Part shown: positions 27,425 through 38,506 of the stretch, piece by piece
Numbering within the stretch: position 1 is the stretch's first letter
Layout of the letters: each line of letters begins with the position of its first letter
DNA from: Pseudogymnoascus verrucosus
Lineage: Eukaryota
Length of the DNA stretch: 64,000 bases
NCBI GenBank assembly: GCA_001662655.1
Contig: KV460220.1
Strand: one strand, 5' to 3'
The notes under the pieces: generated by a model
Told to the model about the DNA's origin: nothing
Seen by the model: the letters and a program-made list of their open reading frames with translations, nothing else
Database searches by the model: none
Translations under genes and position numbers: made by a program

Positions 27425-30289
27425 ATGGCGCCACCTGCGGAAACCTCTGCCAATTACCAGCAGCAATACAATGAGTTCATCACGAACCTCACGGCTTATC
27501 ACCAGAAGCGGGGGACCAATTTCGAACCGGAACCCCGCGTCGGGAATAAGCATGTCGACCTGCTGCAGCTCTTCAAGACGGTGGTTGAGCGGGGAGGATA
27601 TGACAAGGTCAGCGACGAGAAATTGGCGTGGCGCAAAATGGGACAGGACTTCAACCTGGGCACAGCCAACCTCCCAGCCCTCGCATTCAGTCTGAAGTCG
27701 ACTTATTACAAGAATCTTGCGGCGTACGAGATATCCACTATCCATGGGAAAGAGCCGCCCCCAAAAGAGATTCTCGAAGATGTTACAGCCAAGGGTGGGG
27801 GCTTGCTGGAGCGAACGGTGGAGAACTATCGTCCTGCGAGCCGCCGCGAGACGAACGCGTTAGGATTGGAGGGATCAGAAGCGTCTGGGGATGATGGAAC
27901 ACCTGTGAGAGACCTTGTTGGTGAGGAAACACCTGGAAGTGGAGGACGAGCAACAAGAGGCTTGCGACAGGCTCCTCCACAGAGAGTCCTCTTTCAGCCA
28001 GATACTGCGCCTTCACGTCAAAGACACAACCTCCTACCACCTGGTTCCGCGCCGCTTCCTCCACGAGGAGCATCTACATCTTATAACCCCTCATCGAACC
28101 CAGATTCGTTCTCACATGCTGTCTCGAACTACGAACCGCGGCCTCAGATGCCATTGACGCTCCGCCCCGTCATTACACCAGCGAACAACCCGTCCGAATT
28201 CAAACGTATACGTGCGGCAAAAGAGCAGCTACTCAATCCTCTCGCCAGACCGGCTCCGAGCGCACGGATCATGCTCCCTGGTACTGGCTTTGACGGGCCA
28301 AATATCTACGTCCGCTGTCTACTGGCACTTAAATCTGGGGTTCAGGAAGAGCAGGATTACGCGCTCCACCATCTCGTCAAGATCTCGATGGAGCGTGGTG
28401 ACAAGTACCGCTTTGAGTCGTTTGCGGGTCTGGCAGAGGCACTGGTTGATAAAATTTTGGAAGTCAGCTCTCTATTCTATGACGTTACGTGGCAGGTGGT
28501 CTATCCCGACGATGGCAAAAAGCGCGACTGGAACACACTCGATGGCCTAGAGGGGACGCCGGATATTCTAGAGCGTATTGAGAAGCTTACTCAAAAGCAC
28601 GTGGATGACAGCGTCCAGCCTGAGAATTTCAGCGACAAGATGCTACAGGTCGTCGAGGCAGCTCTAACGCTGCGGAACATGGTGATGCTGGAGGACAACG
28701 CGCACTACGTGTCAGAGATGCGGCCGCTACGTGACATGCTGAGCATCGTCCTCAACCTCCCTAACCTAGAGGCGCTTGTTGAGCTGAAGCACTACGCCCT
28801 CGACATCGTCGAGCAACTGACCAAGTACCTCCACTTCAGCGCTAACGACCCCCTCTACCTCTCTCTCCTCGCGCAACTCGACTCGCCCGACCGCGGTGCC
28901 GTCCTCACCTCCCTCCGCGCCATCAGCCGCATCTCCATGAACCTCGAGGACACCAACCGTCTCGAGGGTATCCCCCCCACCACCCTCCAACGCATCCTCG
29001 ACTGGACACTCCTCGACGACGAAGACCTCGTAAACTCCTGCCTCGACTTCCTCTACCAATACACCGCCGTCCTCCCCAACGTCTCCCTCATGACGCACTC
29101 CATCGACCTCCCCTCCGTAATCGCTCAACTCACCCGCCTCCTCATCTACGGCGCCAAAGAAACAACCCGCGACCTCCTCCTTGCGCCACCCACGCGTCGC
29201 CCTCCCCCCTCCGAAATCCCACCCATTCCCGCCCCCCTCCTAACCGCCCTCCTCGCCCTCGACGAACCAGAACGATCCTCGAAATGGCTCCGCTGCCTCT
29301 TCGAAGAAGACAAGGACGAGGCAATAACCCAGATCGCCCTCTGGCAAGCCTACCAAGCCCGCTTCGCCCACGCAGTCGATAAGATGGGTCGTCCCCTCCT
29401 TCCAGCCGCAGAGTTCATCAAGAACGTCAGCACGACTTTTGCCGACAAGGCTGCGGCCCAGGTGCAGGCTGGCCCGGTGCAGAAATTCATCATCAAGGGA
29501 ATCCGCATCCGCGATGCCCCTGTCGATCTTACTGGGCGCCCGTACCAGAAGTGCCAGTGGACAACCCCCACCCCCGACGGAACCGGCACCCGCCCTTGCG
29601 GTGGCTTCTTCATGGAGCCCGCCGAGATGTTCGAGCACATCTTCTCCCACCACCTCCGCGTCCCGAAGACCGCATCTCTATCTCCCTCACCCCAATCTAC
29701 CGCCGTTGAGGGCGCGACCGAGACCGCACCGGCAGAACCCAAGCCGGCGAAGACGGAGACGGAGAAATTCACAAACGAGGAAGGGACATACCGCTGTCTC
29801 TGGCCCGGGTGCACCAAATTCCGCAACCCCACCCTCATCCGCCCCGCTCAACTAGCAGCACACATCAAGATCCATCTCCCACCCCCCTCCCCCCCGTCCG
29901 ACTCCCTCAAGCACCCGAGCTGGGTATCCCCCGCTTCGACGCAGAGTTTCTCGTTTCTGTCCACAGCGGTGGATGAGCGTGGTGATGCGGCGGGGATTCC
30001 GCTCACGGCTGTGCTGGTGCTGAGGAATTTGGCGAGGAATTTGAGGAGGGTGGGGAGGGATGAGGAGGAGAGGGAGGATGAGAGGGAGGCGGGGGGGGGG
30101 AGGAAGGTGGCGAGGTATTTTGGGGGGGTGGAGAGGGAGTTGTGGTTTGTGTTTGCGCATAATAAGAGTTTGGTGAGTTACCTTTTTTTGTTATCTTTGG
30201 TTTTACTTTTTTGGTTTGAGGATGCTTGCTAATATGTGTTACTACAGGCGTCATACCTAGGAGACCTCCTCATCGCCATCGCAGAATAA
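27425..30289 (+). CDS. RSC9: RSC chromatin-remodelling complex subunit Rsc9 (ARID domain, RFX-like winged helix)
   Basis: ARID (VDLLQLFKTVVERGGYDKV...WRKMG...YYKNLAAYE), GPNIYVRCLLALKSG, ITQIALWQAYQ...PAAEFIKNVS, IPLTAVLVLRNL; intron 30173-30247. Confidence 0.9.
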
Positions 30290-31206
30290 GCAAATCAGCG
30301 ACTATATTGGGCAGGGCCTCCTCGCTCGTGAGGGGCGGCCACAACATTCCCAGTCGACGGATCGATCATACTGGCGTTTTTCAGGAACAGTACAGGTTAT
30401 GTTATGTCGTTTACAAGTTTTTTTACCATCGGAAAACGGCGTCTTCGAGGAAACGGGAATTGAAAGGAGGGAGGCGAGAATCAGAATATGGACGAATCGT
30501 TTTTTTTTCGTCCGAGTATGTATGCGTGGGGAAGATGGATGTATAGTAGCTCTTATTTTTGCTGGAACGAAACTTTTTATAACCCGTATAAACCTCTCCT
30601 TTGAATATGCAGTGCGTGCCTGCCGTCGACTGGTCATGTCTGATCTATCTACTGCATTGAGCATAACCGCACTCTTGAGACACCCAAACCTTCACGTATG
30701 CCCTACTCTCACTCACTTGATTTTCTCCCATATCTTCACTCCACCAGGCTCCCCCCTGACCCCAAACCCTCAGCAAACTCACTCTCCACCCCACCACCCC
30801 ACGAAACTCGCTACGAGCCCGGTGCTTAACCTTAATGATCGCCCAGAGAGAGACCGAGAAATTAAGAAGGGGGTATAGAGATATGAAGACTGAGAGACTA
30901 AGATGGAAGCAGAGAGACTGAGAGGTCGAGGCAGAGGTAGAGAAACTAAGAGACTTAAGGCAGAAACACAGCGAGAAAAAGAATAAATACTCAAGAGAGA
31001 GGCTATCAGACCAAGAGATCTAGGCCGACGGGCCCGAAACCAAGCATGAAACCGTCACGGAGAGACGAGTCTCCACGACGCAAGAAACCGTCCTGCATCC
31101 AGGCCGGACGCGGCGCTGAGGGCATCTGGGAACGAGGTGAAGACCTTGAAGGCGGAAAAAGGTGGACATGGATAGTATATATCAGAAAATTCGAACCAAC
31201 CTGACC

Positions 31207-31320
31207 TTTCATCGTGCCCTTATCCTGTCACCGCGCCTAACCTGTCGCCATGCCCTTCCTGTCACCACTGTCCAAACTCTCACCACCCCCTTATCCTGTC
31301 ACCACACCCCTCCCCGCCAC
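31207..31320 (+). repeat. Degenerate 17-19-bp tandem array, consensus ~TGTCACCATGCCCTTATCC (array 1)
   Basis: About six units, e.g. tgtcaccgcgcctaacc, tgtcgccatgcccttcc, tctcaccacccccttatcc. Confidence 0.75.
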
Positions 31321-32165
31321 CACCAAGCAAAGAAAATCGTGAAGACCTCCCAGCGCCTCTGAACAAAGCACATAATCCTCAGCTGAGCTAGCCGTACTCA
31401 GCACCTTTCGGAAATTGATAGTCTCTTTTGGCTTCATCCCATAAGTCAAATGGAGCATCGTCGTTGATGTGTCGGGCTCCCTAGCCAAGAGGGGTTCGTC
31501 CACCTTTTTGGAGGTGGGTGAGCGTGAAGCATTTGTTAAGGTCGCATGCTGATCAACAGGTCTTGCTCGAAGAAGAGTTGCTGTGGCGTCCGTGTATGTG
31601 TCTATCAGTGGGACGCGTTGTTGGATCTGCTGCACTTCCGGCGTAAGGCGTGCAATGCTCATTTTGAAGTATTCGATGGGGGACAAAGGCTCTATCGAGG
31701 CTTTGATGGTAGAGATAGCTGGAGGCCTGGAGACTTTGATAATGCTCTAACAGTAGTGATGATAAAAAGATACGTTGTAGCCGTCGAGGGATATATGTTA
31801 AACTGCCGGCCCATTTTTTTTTCAAGCTGGGGTTTGGTATTATCCCAGCTGCGTAGAGTAGAGTATATAAAATCCAAATCACCTACTCTCTTCGCTCCCC
31901 GGCATATCTCTCATACTTCGACAAAACCAGCAAGAAACCCAATAAAACAGCGTACGCACAGAATTGAAGACGAATAACACTAATCTTAAGAAAGAGAGGG
32001 GAGGGCATGCAGATGCCAACCAAGCGCTTGTCAAGATTCAACCATACAGAATTCACAGATGTGGAAAACTGAGAGGAAGAGAACGTAAGGGAATGAATGG
32101 GTGCACCAGCGTTGGCGCCAGATGGGACGATAGTGATGATGGAAGATGGGTTTGAGCACGCGGGA

Positions 32166-32262
32166 GGGGGGGTAGACGGTGACGGGTATGAACGGTGACA
32201 GGTATTAGCCTCGGTGACAGGTCGGAGGTATGGTGACAAGATAATTCCACTGGTGACAAGAT
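32166..32262 (-). repeat. Degenerate 16-20-bp tandem array with GTCACC core (array 2, inverted relative to array 1)
   Basis: GGTGAC on + strand at 32178, 32194, 32213, 32232, 32252. Confidence 0.75.
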
Positions 32263-35200
32263 ATGAGCGTTTCTTCACATCGTCTGGATCTCGCCGTTCC
32301 ACGGGGGTTTGCAGCTTTTGTGAGCTCCTCTCGAACTCGGCCTTCGTCCAGTCTAACGATCTCTTCTATGTCTGATTGTTAGAATTTAGACTTCGGGATT
32401 ATCATAGTTTGGCTTTTTATAACTCAACTCCCAGTCTCGCTCTACGACAAAGTCACAATCCCCATCCACGCCGTATCTTAGGATCCCAAGAAGAAACCAC
32501 CATCACCCCCATCCTCCCTTTCTCCCTCTGCCCCCGTCCTCCTCCCCCCATCCTTCTCCTCCTCCCTCACACATCCCACATCCTCTAACAATCACCTGAC
32601 CCCCCTCCCCTCAACAAACCTTCCTCGACAGCCCCACACCAACCACCCATCCAACCAAAACCGCCAAGAGCGTTGCCAAGCCCCCCATATCCTCCAGTGG
32701 GGCGGGCAGCGGAGCTCGCAGCGCAGGGGACAGGGATATTGGGTAGGGCGTTGCTACTCAGTCTTGTACAGTACATACATATGTACTCCAGAGGTGGAGG
32801 TGTGTCCGGGGGTAGGGGTAGGGGGGTAAGATGGAGGGAAGGATGGAGGTTTGGTAAGAGACGTGGAGGGGGAGGATGGAGAGATGGAGGGATGGAGAGG
32901 TGTACTCCGCACCGGTGGTGGTATCGTTCATCTAAACGGGAGTCGGGAACGGGATGATGATGATGATGATGCTCCCGAATAGCGTAGGGACTCCCGAAGC
33001 GTAGTCCTGCGCCAGTCTAGCCCAAACCCCCCTCTCCTTCCTTTTTAGTCAGATATCAGATTCCTTTACTCTGCACCCACAGTTCTGCTGTTCCAACTTC
33101 CAACACCCCTCCAACAACAAGACACAGACAACACCCCCACGCTAAAAACCCACGCTAAAAATAGGCTCGCAGCACCCACGCAGCAGCAGTGCATGCAAGA
33201 GTCTGTTTTGTGAGAAGAGAGGGCAGCGATCGCGGTAGGCGGTGAAGTGGTGCGACACTACGACGCTGCTTGATGCGGTGCGATGCAATGCACAGCATGC
33301 GTTTATCCCCCCCTCTTGTGTGTGTTGCGTTCCTAGAACGCACATATAGGAAATGTCGTGCTCTGTGTCCCCCGCTATGAAGATATACAACAGGTATAGT
33401 ATTGGATTAGAGAGTTGGCTACGGGGTTCGAGACTCTGGGATAGGAAGGGATATGGGGTGTGATGGATACACAGGCTGGTGGTGTGTGTATTGGTAGGTG
33501 GTACGGATGGGCATGTCGAGATCGATATTCCCGATCTCGGCTGGGGGGGAGGGTGAGGTGAGACAGATGAGTTTATGTGCCTGTACGCGTGAGTGCGTGC
33601 GTTGAATGCGTGCTGTTCACGCTCCTGACACCCCTCCCAGGTCCAGTTGGAGGAGGGTGCTCCGGCGGCTGTTCCCTCCTTCCTCGCTCTCGGTTTTTAT
33701 ACCAGCTTAGTTATGGTTGTGGTGGTTGGTGGTTGTCGGGGGATCTACGGGGAAACGGTAAGGGAAGGGTTTGTTTCTTTTTTCAATGCGTGGATATATG
33801 GATGAGGAAGGTATGGTTAGATATGAGGTTACAACGTACTGTAATGGGGGGAGAGGGGAGAGATTAGACCTATACGTTTTGTCAAATATCCAACTGAGCG
33901 TTTTCGTATCCATCCATCCCACGCTGGTAGTCTGAACCCCCATAATGTCAATATCATGTGAACCCCATAATCTCATCTCCATAGTCTCATCCCCATAGTC
34001 TCATCTCTCCCCATCCATGAGTTTCTCACACCATCACTCACCTGACCACCAATCTCCCCCACATCCCATCTCCGCGCCCCATCATCCCCATCCATCGGAT
34101 CCCACCCCTCGCGCACCCGCCACCCAGGAAGCGCGCCGCAGAACAGGCAGACAGGCAGACAGGCAGACAGTGCAGCGGAGCCCAGCGCAGCTCAACAACC
34201 GTGCGTACATTTTTTCTGCGTGGCACGGGATCCAAGGTTCGGAAATGAGGGTACAGAGTGGTCGGGGAAGTATGATGGCGGTGAGTGAGGAGTGAGGCGA
34301 GAAGCGAGGTGGTGGTCTGTGGGATGTTCGGGGTGGGTTGGTCTGTGCGGTTGGAGGTGTGGGTACGTAGCTTTTCAGCACCATGGAAGGGGGTGTGGTG
34401 GTGTAGGGTTACGGATTCCTGGATGGATATGGGAAGTGTGTAACAGTCTTTCCTCATGAATTGACGAATTGACGAATAAACCACCCCAATCCATCACTAT
34501 CCTTAACAAATGGCCTATTCGTATAGCCATCCATCCCGCCCTCAGCCACAGCCACACCGGTTCACCAGCCAGCCAGCCAGCCAGCCCAGCCCAACGTCGT
34601 TTCCAGAAAATGGACGCCTCTAGACAACGCCTCCGGGTGACACGCTTCTGGCCACGCAGCCAGTCGTGGTTCGTACCTTAATCTAATCACACACCACCAA
34701 GAACTGGAGCACAGCACAGCACACCACCACCACTGCTGCACGCCGTGATGTATCAGGGTACGTATCCCCGACCGGTACTGCGCGCGCCTGCGGTTGTAAT
34801 ATCCGGCATCTACATCTACATCCCCAAGCCCAGTCATCCATACCATAGGAGTAGATGATATTGCACCCATCCGTCCACGCACATCTGCACACGCCCCTCG
34901 TAATGCACATCCATCCGCGCCCCCCGTCCACCCCACCCACCCCCTTCAACCCGCACCCCCGGGTCCCGACCGAAGCTAGTAATTTTTTTTTCCTCTGCTA
35001 AGGAAAGAAAAGAAGGAAGGGAGGGGAAGAGAGAAAAAAACAAAATTTCTGTAACAACCACATGATGCGTTTCAACGGACCACTAAGCGGCCCGACCGCC
35101 TAGCCCCGTCTAGCCCGCCACTGGGAGGACATGGGTAAGGGGGGAGGGGAGGTACATACTAAATGTAGCCCGTCGACTATGCCTTATTGTGTTTAGTGGT

Positions 35201-36540
35201 CCCCTTTTAGAAATCCCGGTGCGTGGACGGCTTCGTTGCAGTTCTGGTTTCGCCTTCTGTCCAGAAGACTTTCTTGTCGTATCCCTGTTGTCGAAGAAGA
35301 CAGGGGAAGCTGAGCAGGGTGCGCACGGATGCGTTGAGGCTGATGCTGGCTGGCTGGTGCTATGGGAAAGCTTCTGGATCGCGAGATGGCGATTTGCAGC
35401 GCGGAGTGGGGGGGAGGATTGGTGGTGGTGGTGGGTGTTTTGATGGGCGATGGTGAGGTGGACGTGATGGGTGATGCGGTGAGTGGTGGTGGTGACGGGA
35501 GATGGGGGATGGGTTTAGGGGTCCATGGCGTGAGGGGCTGTGAGGGCGCAGAGGTAGAGGAAGAAGGAAGGAAGGAAGAATGGAGGGGAGGCAAGACGGG
35601 ACTTGAATGGGATGGGATGGGTTTCGTGGTGGGTGGTGCTTACGAGTAATCGGGGGTTTTTTATTTTAGGACACACAAGAAGGATTGCTGTACTGTACAA
35701 CTTGCTGTTCGGAGTACCCGTTGGTTGTGCCCTGTTCTGTGTTCTGTATGTACGTACGCAGGTGTAGGAGTAGAGTTTTTGTACGTACATGTGCCGACTC
35801 GACCTCACTCATCCAAACAGCACCACACACCACCACACACCCTTGCCACCGTCTCTTCTCTATGGTGGATACGGGATGTGGGTCAGAGTGTACGGAGTGT
35901 AGTTGTAGACAGGGGGTGGGTACAACAAGAGTCGAGAAACCTGACTAGCCCTGACTAGTAAAGTAGTACAGAACTGCAGTTTTGCCCAGAAACCAACTAA
36001 CGCAACCTTGCGGCTCACACGCCTGAGTGCCGTGCTACCGAGCTACACTGCATAGACTGCACTAGTGTGTGCTCATCCACGCTAATCTAATATAGAATGG
36101 GCCTCGAGCTAGCCATTACGAGGGGGATGGTGCTGAAAGTCTGTCAAGTAGCTCCAGTACGTATCTCGGACGAAGGTACGTACACGACTCGGTGGTTGTG
36201 GTCCATGTCCATCCCATCCCACCCATCAACAACCACCAAAACCACACCAAATCACACCAAACCACACCAAAAAAAGCACGCCAGCCTTGCGCCCCTTCCC
36301 CCTTCTCTTTTTCACACCTACCACCACCACCTCCCCGTCGCCTTCTCACCCAACCCACCAAAATGCTACCAGTACCTCCCTCCCTTCGCCCCTTCACTAT
36401 CACACTCAACTAATATCTCCACAACTTCTTACACACTTATACTACTAACTCAAAAACTAACAAACTCCCGCCCCTCCCCGCCCCGCCCTTCCCACCTCCC
36501 CCCCTCCCTTCCCTTACCCTTCCGATCATCCATCCTTCCA

Positions 36541-37300
36541 TATATAAGCCCACTCGCCCACAACGCCCCCCTTCTGCCCCTCCCTCCTTCCTCTATTCAA
36601 TCCATATTTTCCCACTCTCAACCGTCAACCCTCACTCCTCACCGACATCCACCTCAAGCCCTAAACCGTCTTCTCTTTGAATTCACGTCACTGCCCCGCT
36701 TCACCACGGAGTTTGCCCTCTTTCGTTCCATCTACTACTAAAAGACGACACATAATTGAAAAGGATCATCTCCTCGATTCCATCCACTCTCATCCATCTA
36801 CTTCCACACGCTATCTTCGGTCGTTTTCTTGAAAAGGTCGTACAAACTCTCACTGCTGCCACCTTCTTACAACAATCTTGTTTCCCACCTACACAAACGA
36901 AAAAGAACGAGCAATCGATCTATACCATCAAACTTCATCTTTCTATAATTTCGAACAAAGGAGCTTCATTTGCCCCAGTTTCCCAGAGTCAGGTCAGTCT
37001 CACTTCCGCGCCTCCCCCCACGCCACTGCTTGCCCGAGATCCATTGTTGTCTCGGTGGCGGGTGTCAGTGAACAATCAGCTGACCGTTGTTATTTTCGTT
37101 TCTAGAACTTTTGTAACACCCCTCGAAAATCTTCACAGTCCACACCCCTCGAACTTGTTGAGTCGTCGTGAACTTCGAAGCCTACCTCAATTTCACTTCC
37201 CCCCTAGAGTGTTTTTGAGCTTGAATTCAGAAGTTTATATATATATATACAACTCTCTACGAATCTCACATTCCGACATAAATATACAAAATCATACAAC
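36541..37300 (+). promoter_or_regulatory. TATA box and probable long AUG-free 5' leader, with a 5'UTR intron, of the downstream SDR gene
   Basis: TATATAAG at 36541 after a C-rich tract; GTCAGT donor at 36993, GCTGAC branch ~37079, TAG acceptor 37103-37105; no ATG between 36366 and 37300. Confidence 0.55.
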
Positions 37301-38506
37301 ATGTCTGCAATCCGCACCTCCGTCTTCCGCGCTGCGGCGGCCGCAACTCGCCCTGCCACCATGGCAGCTCGCCCTCTCTCCACCTCTGCGCGTCTCCTCC
37401 GCCGCGAGGTCATCGCTGAGAAGCAGATCCCAGTCTCCTCTTACGCCGACCCAGAGTCGCACGCTCCCCAGCGCAGCACCATCCCAGTGCGCAACGACCC
37501 CGAGATCGAGGTCCCCGCTGAGGAGGCTGGCCTCCGCGCCGCGCCGTTGAGCAAGGCTCTGTTCTCCAAGCTGCCCAAGAGCATCCAGAAGCAGACCGTT
37601 ATGGATAAGGTCGTTATTGTTACTGGGTAAGTTTTTCTCTCTCATCCGGGTGAATTTGGGGATGCTGGTTTTGTGGTGGTGGCGGTGAATTTCTCACTTC
37701 CACACCAAAAACACCAAGCATCACCAAGCCCGAAAACCACACAATTTAATTTTGAACAACAACTAATATCTCCCAGCGGAGCCCGCGGTCTTGGTAACTC
37801 CATCGCTGAAGCCTGCGCCGAAGCCGGTGCCCGCGCCCTCGTCATCTTCGACGCCAACCAGACCCTCGGCGACGAGTCCGCCGCCGAGCTCCACGAGCGC
37901 ACCGGTATCCCCGTGCAATTCTACAAGGTGGACGTCCGCGACGGTGGCGCCATCATCGAGGCCGTCAACGCGGTCGTCGAGACCTTCGGCGCGCCCGACG
38001 TCCTCATCAACTCCGCCGGCATTGCCGACTCCAACATCAAGGCCGAGGACTACGACCACGCCATGTTCCGCCGCCTCATCGACATCAACCTCACTGGTTC
38101 CTTCCTCATGGCCCAGGCTGTCGCCAAGTCCATGATTGCTGCCGAGAAGCCGGGATCTATCGTCTTCATCGCCAGCATGTCTGGTTCCATCGTCAACTAC
38201 CCCCAGGAGCAGTCGTGCTACAACGCCTCCAAGGCGGGTGTTGTCCACCTCGGTCGCTCGCTGGCTGCTGAGTGGGCCAAGTACGGTATCCGTGTCAACT
38301 CCATCTCCCCCGGTTACATGGACACGGCGCTCAACCGCGTGCCGGCGCTCGATGCGCAGAAGAAGATCTGGACTAGCTTGACTCCTCAGGCCAGGCTGGG
38401 GAATGTGGATGAGCTGAACGGATTGGCGGTTTACTTGGCGTCGGATGCTAGCTCGTTCATGACTGGCTCCGAGATCAAGTGTGATGGCGGTTACAGCTTG
38501 TGGTAA
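37301..38506 (+). CDS. SDR of the sorbose reductase / D-arabinitol 2-dehydrogenase group, with mitochondrial-type presequence
   Basis: VIVTG|GARGLG, INSAGI, IASMSGSIVNYPQEQSCYNASKAGV, RVNSISPGYMDT, DGGYSLW; intron 37627-37776; strong C-ending codon bias. Confidence 0.9.

Noticed and set aside
31291..31882. Protein-coding gene between arrays 1 and 2
   Set aside because: Only short overlapping frames with no recognisable domain; may be a decayed gene but cannot be supported.
36993..37105. TPP riboswitch in the 5'UTR intron
   Set aside because: Lacks the conserved CUGAGA and UGAU..GG.AAU.CC..CG motifs, and the gene is not thiamine-related.
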